Below the pieces are notes generated by a model. The model had not been told where the DNA came from. It saw only the letters and a program-made list of their open reading frames with translations, and searched no databases. A DNA stretch of 64,000 bases from a virus. Shown here piece after piece: positions 49,100 through 56,906 of this stretch. Position numbers and translations under genes: made by a program. The stretch is taken from IMG/VR virus record IMGVR_UViG_3300020159_002453, positions 1 through 64,000 of that record. One strand, written 5' to 3'. Numbering within the stretch: the stretch's first letter is position 1; the number at the start of each line of letters is the position of its first letter.

Positions 49100-49565
49100 A
49101 GTAGAAAAAATTAAGCCTGTCAAGGTAAAAAAAGAGCTTAGCCCGTCCGCTAAAGCTAAAAAGATCTATTATGTAAGCCCTAAAGACTTTACAGACGAGC
49201 TGAGAAAGTATTATGAATCAGATATTATTACTAATGAACTCGCATTAATGATTAAAAACATCGCATACGGATTAGCACATGCGTCTAATTTTATTAATTA
49301 CACTTTCAAGGAAGATGCTATTGGGGATTCGTTAATTAATATGTTTAATGCACTTAAGCAAAAGAAATATAACTTTAACAAAGGCAGTAACCCGTTTTCG
49401 TATTTTAACTCTATTTCATTTAACTGCTGGCGTAGCCGTATTAAAAAAGAGAAACGTATGAGAGATACACTTGCAGCGTATCAAGAAGAGGTTTATAGTA
49501 TTGTAGGGCCCGATATTGGAGTCGATAACCCAGTAAATCCAGCCAAGCGTAATGAAAATCTTTAA
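49050..49565 (+). CDS. Late-transcription sigma factor, T4 gp55-like (ORF open from 49014)
   Basis: YYV, IA.GLA..SNFINYTFKED.IGD, NPFSYF..I..N...RIKKEK. Confidence 0.9.
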   Translation: MTLKKLKFKIKPSPKLKVEKIKPVKVKKELSPSAKAKKIYYVSPKDFTDELRKYYESDIITNELALMIKNIAYGLAHASNFINYTFKEDAIGDSLINMFNALKQKKYNFNKGSNPFSYFNSISFNCWRSRIKKEKRMRDTLAAYQEEVYSIVGPDIGVDNPVNPAKRNENL

Positions 49566-50604
49566 CTCAGAAGTCGGTATTTTTTCCGATCCACACTACG
49601 GTGTACATCGCAATAGTCCGATGTGGCACAAAATTGCTCTGGACCACGCTAAGTGGGCAGCTGAGCAATTTAATCTTAAAGGTATCAAAGACATTATTAT
49701 ACCTGGAGATATTTTTCACGACCGTAATGATATCGCGGTTAATACACTCCATATTGTTACCGATATTTTTGATATTCTTAAAAACTTCAACATTATTATT
49801 ACTGTCGGTAATCACGATGCTTTTTACCGGGACAATTCTACCGTCAATTCTGTTTCTATTTTGCGTGGCTGGTCTAATATTACTGTTGTTGATACTCTCA
49901 CTATACTGGAAACCCACGGTAAAAAAATAGCTTTATGCCCTTGGGGGCAAGATATTAACGAGGTACCCTCGTGTGATCTTATTGTGGGTCATTTTGAAAT
50001 TAATAGTTTTAAAATGAACTCGTATAAGGTATGTACGAATGGTCTTAAATCTACTGACCTTACCAGTCGTGCTAAGTTAACTATTTCCGGTCACTTCCAT
50101 CATAAAGAAGAACGCAAATACAAAGATGGTACTATTATGTATGTAGGTTGCCCATACCAGCAAGATTGGGGCGACTATGAAACAACTAAAGGTCTTTATA
50201 TCTTAGATTTAGACACCTTAAAATATGAATTCATTGAAAATAACATATCCCCGCAATACAACAAGATTAGATATTCTGAAATTGCGAACGGTACACTTAA
50301 TGCTGAAAAGTTAAAGAAAATTATACCAGGTAATATTATTAAGCTTTACATTGATAAAAAGCTTGAGCCGGATGCAGTAGATGTACTTGTAAGAAAGCTT
50401 GTGTCAGTTAAACCTGTAGAGTTTACTATTGAGTATGATTTTGTAGATACTGTTAACGTAGATAATGAAGCCGCTAATAAAAAAGACTTCACAGTAAGCG
50501 TAGAAACTTCAATTAATGAATTTATTGATTTATTGGATATTAAGCATAAAGATAAGGTGAAAGAGTATGTTATTGAGTTATATAATAAATCTAATAAAAC
50601 ATGA
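49552..50604 (+). CDS. Recombination nuclease, T4 gp47 / Mre11-like
   Basis: SDPHYG, GDIFHDR, GNHD, GHFE, SGHFH, YVGCPYQ. Confidence 0.95.
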   Translation: MKIFNSEVGIFSDPHYGVHRNSPMWHKIALDHAKWAAEQFNLKGIKDIIIPGDIFHDRNDIAVNTLHIVTDIFDILKNFNIIITVGNHDAFYRDNSTVNSVSILRGWSNITVVDTLTILETHGKKIALCPWGQDINEVPSCDLIVGHFEINSFKMNSYKVCTNGLKSTDLTSRAKLTISGHFHHKEERKYKDGTIMYVGCPYQQDWGDYETTKGLYILDLDTLKYEFIENNISPQYNKIRYSEIANGTLNAEKLKKIIPGNIIKLYIDKKLEPDAVDVLVRKLVSVKPVEFTIEYDFVDTVNVDNEAANKKDFTVSVETSINEFIDLLDIKHKDKVKEYVIELYNKSNKT

Positions 50605-51434
50605 AAATAGGAGTAGCAATTATTGCCTGCGATAGATTGGAATACACCAAAAAGTGTGTTGAAAGTGTTATTGCAAATAAAGGACCAGTCACTGACATAA
50701 TATTAGTCAATGACGGGGTTAAAATACCTGAGGGGGTATTGCCTACTGAAGTAATGGTAATGGAGAATCGCCCCCCTTACCAGTCAGTCGGGGTTGCTAA
50801 GAACAACGCTCTAAGAACTCTTTCAAATTGGAATTGTGACCATATGTTTTTAATTGAAAACGATATTATGGTTAAATCCTCTAATGTGTGGCAGAAGTAT
50901 ATTGATACTGCTAATGCTACCGGTATTACTCATTTAAATTTCGGTTATCACGGGCCTGCTAATCGCACCCCCGACTATACTAAACCTAACCCGCGAACAA
51001 TTGTAGAATACCCTGTAACTGTAAAAACCGCTTTTCAGACAATTGAATCAGTGAAGGTAGCACTGAACATGCATAGTGTTGGTGCTTTTTCTTATTATAG
51101 TCCTTTGTTTGTTAAGACTGTTGGCTTACACGATGAATACTTTAAGAATGCCTGGGAACATGTTGAATTATGTCAAAGAGCTGTTAAGCTTGGAATGCTA
51201 CCGGCATTTTGGTGGTTTCCAGATGTAGAAGGTAGCGATAGCCTGTTACAAGAAGTAGAAGGCTCGATTAAAAACAGTTCTATTACACATACTGAAAAAT
51301 GGATTAACAATATGAGAAAAGGGGCCGCTCATTATAAGAAGCTACATGGTTGGGAACCTATTCACACTCCAGATACCCCACCTAAAGAAGTATTCGATAG
51401 ACTAAAGACGATTTACAGCAAATACAAAAAGTGA
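50601..51434 (+). CDS. GT2 glycosyltransferase
   Basis: GVAII.CDR, VNDG, VGVAKN, FLIEND, VG..DE.F.NAWEH. Confidence 0.85.
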   Translation: MKIGVAIIACDRLEYTKKCVESVIANKGPVTDIILVNDGVKIPEGVLPTEVMVMENRPPYQSVGVAKNNALRTLSNWNCDHMFLIENDIMVKSSNVWQKYIDTANATGITHLNFGYHGPANRTPDYTKPNPRTIVEYPVTVKTAFQTIESVKVALNMHSVGAFSYYSPLFVKTVGLHDEYFKNAWEHVELCQRAVKLGMLPAFWWFPDVEGSDSLLQEVEGSIKNSSITHTEKWINNMRKGAAHYKKLHGWEPIHTPDTPPKEVFDRLKTIYSKYKK

Positions 51435-52246
51435 AAAACCTATATTTAAAAGATAGTTCTTTCGGTCACTGCATTTATAGTAACAACCCTACCCCGGCTG
51501 TAACATTTAGTAAGCATATAAATTGGGTTAGAGATGGTAAAGGTAAACTTGAAGATACTGTATATACTGATATGCACTTACAGGAGTGTGAAGGAGGTAT
51601 CGGTTGGTTGCTTGAACCTCAAGGCATTTACCCACAAGCATATCAATATGTAATGCAGAATGCACATAAGTTTAAAGAGATCTGGACTCATGATGCATCA
51701 ATGCTGTATTTGCCTAATGCTAAGTTAGTGCCTATTGGCGGGTGTTGGATAGAGAAACAAGATTACGGGATACATAAAAAGAGTAAAATGTTTTCTATAA
51801 TTGCTTCATGGAAGCGAGCTTTGCCTGGCCATAAGTTAAGACACACTATTATTAGTCTAGCGGGTAAACATATTGATGCTTACGGGCCTGAGTATATACA
51901 ATTTAAAAAGCACTCAATGAACAAGATTGAAGGTCTAAAAGACTATAGATATCATTTTGTTATTGAGAACTGCAAGAGAGACTTTTATTTTAGCGAAAAG
52001 CTAATTGATAGTCTTATGACTGGTACAATGCCTATATACTGGGGCTGTCCATCTATTGGAAAATACTTTAATACTGACGGTTTTATTATATTTGATACAC
52101 TTGAGGAGTTGAAAGAAAAGCTTAAGCTTTGTACCCCGGAGTATTATGACAGCAAAAAAGAAGCTATTATAGACAACTTCCAGAGAGCACAGAATTATTT
52201 GCTAGCTGAGGATTGGATGGTAGAGAACGGAGTTATTAAACTCTAG
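51431..52246 (+). CDS. GT10-like (alpha-1,3/4-fucosyltransferase-type) glycosyltransferase
   Basis: YRYHFVIEN...YFSEKLID....TMPIYWG motif. Confidence 0.8.
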   Translation: MKNLYLKDSSFGHCIYSNNPTPAVTFSKHINWVRDGKGKLEDTVYTDMHLQECEGGIGWLLEPQGIYPQAYQYVMQNAHKFKEIWTHDASMLYLPNAKLVPIGGCWIEKQDYGIHKKSKMFSIIASWKRALPGHKLRHTIISLAGKHIDAYGPEYIQFKKHSMNKIEGLKDYRYHFVIENCKRDFYFSEKLIDSLMTGTMPIYWGCPSIGKYFNTDGFIIFDTLEELKEKLKLCTPEYYDSKKEAIIDNFQRAQNYLLAEDWMVENGVIKL

Positions 52247-53045
52247 TCCAGCTTTCTGGTATTAAGTCAGCCGTGCTCCAATCTTTATACATTGGACCAA
52301 ACCAATTTTTCGGCGCAATTACTACCTTTTCAGGATTAGTGTTAAACCAAGCTGACCACCAGCTAAAGGTACTGTTTGCTATAATGTTGTTTTTACAGCT
52401 ACTCATTGCATGCATATCAGCAAACGGGTTTTTACTGTTTGAGTACTTAACTTTTTTGTTAACACCAAATGCTTCTTTGCACCATGCAATATCATCTGAA
52501 AACACTAAATAATTTTTACTTGGTACTAACTTAGTAGCATTAAAATAGTATTCCGGAGTCATTAGGGGGTGCCAAGCTTGCTTTTTTACATAATCTCCAC
52601 GTCTTACATGTATAGAGGTAGTCTCTTCTGGATCAATACCAGCTTCAATAAAAATCTCATCCGACAAAGCTACAATAGTTTCTTTAAACTGTAAATGCTC
52701 AAGTATGTACTCTCTATTATGGTTAAAGTACTTTTCACTTTGAAAATAACCAGTTAAATCAGTGTTATCCGATATGTTAAACACATCTTTAGTAAAATGA
52801 AATGCGGGGTCCTGGTATTGATTAGTAACACCATCTGACTCTTCTTTAGTAATGTAAGGAGCCTTTACGTTAAATCCCTGGGACAAGTTGAAATTCATAG
52901 CCTGACAGTAGTTATCATAATGTGTCGGGTTATTAGGGATTTTAACAGTATATCCGTTGTCTTTACCTACGGACAATAGAGTGGAGTACTGAAATAGAGC
53001 ATTACCCACATTACCATTACGACCTAGCAGTTTATATGTAATCAT
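52236..53045 (-). CDS. GT11 (alpha-1,2-fucosyltransferase-type) glycosyltransferase
   Basis: GNVGNALFQY, GYFQSEKYF, SIHVRRGDY, FSDD..WC, IIANSTFSWW, IAPK.WF. Confidence 0.9.
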   Translation of the reverse strand: MITYKLLGRNGNVGNALFQYSTLLSVGKDNGYTVKIPNNPTHYDNYCQAMNFNLSQGFNVKAPYITKEESDGVTNQYQDPAFHFTKDVFNISDNTDLTGYFQSEKYFNHNREYILEHLQFKETIVALSDEIFIEAGIDPEETTSIHVRRGDYVKKQAWHPLMTPEYYFNATKLVPSKNYLVFSDDIAWCKEAFGVNKKVKYSNSKNPFADMHAMSSCKNNIIANSTFSWWSAWFNTNPEKVVIAPKNWFGPMYKDWSTADLIPESWTRV

Positions 53046-53791
53046 TTCCAGTTCCAGCCTTCGACCTCTTTAAGCAGCTGCTCGTTAGATAGTTCTCCTA
53101 TACGATGTAACTCTAAGCGATTGGATTCTAAATGAGGATTGTGATTGTAAGAAGCCTCAAGTCTTACATGATTTAAATGGTAAAGGGGTCCACTAATACG
53201 CGCGAATTCACATCCAAGCTTTTTAAAACGGAAGAATATTTCGTTATCTTCATACCCTAAACCTTTAAAGTTTTCATTAGCCCCTCCACATTTCCAGAAA
53301 GTATTTGTGTCAAAGAATACTGCACCCCCCACTGATCCAGTATGAAAGCAGGTACACTCATTAAGATCTACCATTCCTGTGTTTTTTGCTTTTTTAATAA
53401 GACTATGATACTTTTTAGGTACATCATAAAAATGTCCATCAAACGGGTATACAACCGTAGCTTTACCACTCAAAATTACCTCTGTAGCTTTTTTAATTTG
53501 ATTTGGAGTTAATAAGATATCAGCATCATAGTGGGCTACAACCGGGGTATCAGCAGCTTTTGCAGCTAAGTTTACCCCGCGTTGTCTGTTAAAAAACTCA
53601 TTTGTCTCTTTAAAAATATACTTGCAATTATAACGATCTTTAAGTTTAGGGATAGTATCCTGTTCACATATTACAATATTGGTGTTTAAGTTGCTTTGGA
53701 GGAAATCCATAGTTATGTCCAAGTTGTTTAAACGATCCTGACTATCAACCTTTAAAGCTATCAAAATGGTTAGGTCTTTTAAATCTATCAT
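53042..53791 (-). CDS. GT7-like / GT2 galactosyltransferase-type enzyme
   Basis: R..NL, ICEQ, FNR..GVN, HYDAD, GGANE.F.GLGYED, LYHL.H; TAAGTA at 53801-53806. Confidence 0.8.
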   Translation of the reverse strand: MIDLKDLTILIALKVDSQDRLNNLDITMDFLQSNLNTNIVICEQDTIPKLKDRYNCKYIFKETNEFFNRQRGVNLAAKAADTPVVAHYDADILLTPNQIKKATEVILSGKATVVYPFDGHFYDVPKKYHSLIKKAKNTGMVDLNECTCFHTGSVGGAVFFDTNTFWKCGGANENFKGLGYEDNEIFFRFKKLGCEFARISGPLYHLNHVRLEASYNHNPHLESNRLELHRIGELSNEQLLKEVEGWNWK

Positions 53792-53864
53792 AATAAATTC
53801 TACTTACTTTGATTTTAATTTTTATCTCGTAGATTAAATTGGATACTCATATAGAATTACAATA

Positions 53865-55688
53865 ATGCGTTACATCCATTTTAAGCGGGTTAGTATTGTT
53901 AACTTTTTATCGGTAGGCAAGAAAGCTGTTGAGATTAATTTTAAACCAGGTCTTAACATTATCACAGGTAAAAACTATGATAAGGCAGACCGTGCAAACG
54001 GCGTGGGTAAATCTACTATCGCAGATGCAGTGCATTTTGCTCTTTACGGTAGTACCATTCGAGATGTTAAGAAAGAAAATATTGTTAACGACCAAGCACC
54101 AGACAGTCTGTGTGAAGTAGAGCTAGAGTTTAATTTTGTACTAAACGACCGCACAAGCGAGTGTAAGATTATTCGTACTCTTAATCCTACTAAGTGCTTA
54201 TTTTTTATTAACGGAGAAGATGTAACCCGCTCTGGGGTACCTCAAACAACCGAATTTATTACAGAGACTATTAAGACTTCATCTGAAGTGTTTCAGAATA
54301 GTGTGGTAATGACAATTAATAATACTATACCGTTTATGGCTCAAAAGAAGGTCGAAAAACGCAAATTTATTGAAGGCATTCTTGGGCTAGAAGTCTTTGG
54401 GGATATGTTGCTGTTAGCTCGTTCTCAATTTAACGAATCTAAACGCAATCTTGATATTGAATCCACCAAGCACGATGAGACTGCTCGTTCTTTAATCGAA
54501 GCTACCAAGCAAAGAGATAATTATGAGGTTTCTAAAAAAACTCGTCTTGACTCTCTTTTACAACGTCAAAGCAACAACACACAAGAATTAGCGATTTTAA
54601 ATCAAAAGATCGGTAAACTTGAGTCTGTTGATACAGAAGCTCAAAACAAAATTGAAGAGGATTTAAAGGTACTTAAAGAAGCAGAAAGAGCTCACTCTAA
54701 GAAGACCGATGCTATTGTTAAACTTATTACTGAAGCCCAAGCCCATGTTAAGTTTAACACTGACCGTATTAAAAAGCTCAAAAAGGTTGATAGTAAGTGT
54801 CTGCATTGCGGTAAAGATCTTGCAGAGGCCGCTAACACTCAGTACGAAAAAGATAAAGATGAATGTGGAAAAGAGGTGTTTAAGTATACAGAAGTGCTTA
54901 ATAGAGAAAATCCTCGTTTAGCTGAAGCGCGTAAAAATGTAGAAAAACTAGAAAAGTCTATCCCTGATTTGGAACGCAAATTACACGAGTTTGCACTCCG
55001 CAAAAAGGAAGTAGAAAGTCTTAACTCTCGGGTTCTTCAAATAGAAAGCTGGCAGCAATCTCTTTTGTCTGATATCGAAGAGATTAACAAAGACTCTAAC
55101 AATTTTCAAGAAATTATTGACAAAGTGTTAGAACGTCAAAAGTCAATTAAAGACGGTATTGAAGCATTACAGGTACGTCTCGATATTATCGAGAGTGCAA
55201 AGTTTATTACCTCTGAAGAAGGGGTTAAATCGTTTATTGTTAAGAAGATTATACAAGTACTCAATACAAGACTTGAACATTATTTACGTAGACTGGAAGG
55301 TAATAGTATAGTTAAATTTAATGAGTTTTTTGAAGAAACTATTACCAATGAACGTGGTAAAGAGTGTAGCTATTTTAACTTCTCCGGGGCGGAGCGTAAA
55401 TCTATAGATCTTGCAATGTTATTTACCTTTCAAGATATTCGCCGCGCACAAGCAGATGTTTCTATTAACTTGAGCATGTTTGATGAGTTGTTCGATTCAT
55501 CTTTAGACGATAAAGGTATTGAGTTAGTACTTGATATTCTTAAAGAAAGGGTAGATATGTATAATGAAGCAATTTATATTATTTCTCATCGTAATGAGAG
55601 TAAGAAGTATTGCAGCGGTGGAGAAATTATCTACCTCGAAAAGAAAAACGGTATAACAACCAGAACAACTAATTATGACATTTCCTAA
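53865..55688 (+). CDS. Recombination ATPase, T4 gp46 / Rad50-like
   Basis: NFLS.G, NGVGKST, CLHC hook, FSGAE signature, FDE.FDSSLD, ISH. Confidence 0.96.
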   Translation: MRYIHFKRVSIVNFLSVGKKAVEINFKPGLNIITGKNYDKADRANGVGKSTIADAVHFALYGSTIRDVKKENIVNDQAPDSLCEVELEFNFVLNDRTSECKIIRTLNPTKCLFFINGEDVTRSGVPQTTEFITETIKTSSEVFQNSVVMTINNTIPFMAQKKVEKRKFIEGILGLEVFGDMLLLARSQFNESKRNLDIESTKHDETARSLIEATKQRDNYEVSKKTRLDSLLQRQSNNTQELAILNQKIGKLESVDTEAQNKIEEDLKVLKEAERAHSKKTDAIVKLITEAQAHVKFNTDRIKKLKKVDSKCLHCGKDLAEAANTQYEKDKDECGKEVFKYTEVLNRENPRLAEARKNVEKLEKSIPDLERKLHEFALRKKEVESLNSRVLQIESWQQSLLSDIEEINKDSNNFQEIIDKVLERQKSIKDGIEALQVRLDIIESAKFITSEEGVKSFIVKKIIQVLNTRLEHYLRRLEGNSIVKFNEFFEETITNERGKECSYFNFSGAERKSIDLAMLFTFQDIRRAQADVSINLSMFDELFDSSLDDKGIELVLDILKERVDMYNEAIYIISHRNESKKYCSGGEIIYLEKKNGITTRTTNYDIS

Positions 55689-56862
55689 CAACAACGGCGT
55701 TATTGGCGCCCCACAAGTTCCATTCGGTGCACCTATGGTAGGTAACCCTATGGTGCAATCTGCCCCTGTGCAGGTACCTATCTCTATGAATCCAATGATA
55801 AGTGGGTTAAAAAGAGCAGTTAGCTTTGCAGCTGATCATCAAGGGTGTGGTTTTTGGAGAATGCACTGGCCGGAATCCGTTATTAATGGCCAACAATTGG
55901 GGGTTATTAGTAATAATAATTTTATGCTTTTGCAGGAAAACTTTTATGAAGGTATTGAAAGTATAAGAATCCAGCGTCAAGTTACCCCTACCCAATTAAG
56001 TTTCGTTAAATTTTTAAAGGCAGTCTCAAAAAAGAAAAATAATTTTAAGATTTATTACGAGATTGATGATGTTATTTTTCCTGAAGATATTCCTGTTTAC
56101 AATAAAGCTAGAGAAGCGTTTACTGACCCCTCTATTATTGCTTCTGCAATAGAAATTATGAAATTGTGTGATGGTATTACCACCCCTACCGACTACATGT
56201 CAAAGTATTACGAGGAAAAGACCGGGGTTAAAGGTATAACTCTACCCAATTATATGCCAAAGTTTTGGATGGATCGCTTTTATAATAAAGCTAAAATTGT
56301 AGAAAATTTTGATTTTAATAAACGCCGACCACGAGTTGGTTACATTGGTAGTCCTACCCATTTTAACGTAGGGGAGGTAGCTGGGGCAAAAGACGATTTT
56401 GCTGATATTTCCAACATAATTATTAAGACAGTTAAGAACTTTAAGTGGGTAATTATGGGTGGTTGCCCACGGGAACTTGCACCTTATGTAAGAAGCGGGG
56501 ATATTGAATATTACCCTTGGGTTCGTATTTGGGATTATCCTACTGCTTTTAATAATCTCAATATTAACGTCGCGATTGCACCATTACAGAATAATAGATT
56601 CAATCTAGCTAAAGCGCCCATCAAATATCTTGAAGCAGGCGCGCTTGGTATACCTTGTGTATGTCAAGATCTTGCTCCTTATAATACCAACCCAGTTGCT
56701 CCACTTAGATTTAATACTGCTGATGAAATGATAGAGATTATTAAAAAAGTTACCGGGGATCGTCGATATTACCTCAATGAATCTGATAAAGCACGTAAAG
56801 TTGCTACTGGATACTGGCTTGAAGATCATATTAAGGAATTTACTAATTTGTATTTTGGTTAA
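55675..56862 (+). CDS. GT-B (GT4-like) glycosyltransferase
   Basis: GCGFWR..WP, YEIDD, LPNY, RVGY.GS.TH, IAPLQNN.FN.AK..IKYLE.GALG.P. Confidence 0.8.
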   Translation: MTFPNNNGVIGAPQVPFGAPMVGNPMVQSAPVQVPISMNPMISGLKRAVSFAADHQGCGFWRMHWPESVINGQQLGVISNNNFMLLQENFYEGIESIRIQRQVTPTQLSFVKFLKAVSKKKNNFKIYYEIDDVIFPEDIPVYNKAREAFTDPSIIASAIEIMKLCDGITTPTDYMSKYYEEKTGVKGITLPNYMPKFWMDRFYNKAKIVENFDFNKRRPRVGYIGSPTHFNVGEVAGAKDDFADISNIIIKTVKNFKWVIMGGCPRELAPYVRSGDIEYYPWVRIWDYPTAFNNLNINVAIAPLQNNRFNLAKAPIKYLEAGALGIPCVCQDLAPYNTNPVAPLRFNTADEMIEIIKKVTGDRRYYLNESDKARKVATGYWLEDHIKEFTNLYFG

Positions 56863-56906
56863 TTTTAACCTTGATAAAATTTAGAAACGATACACAATAC
56901 TAGACT

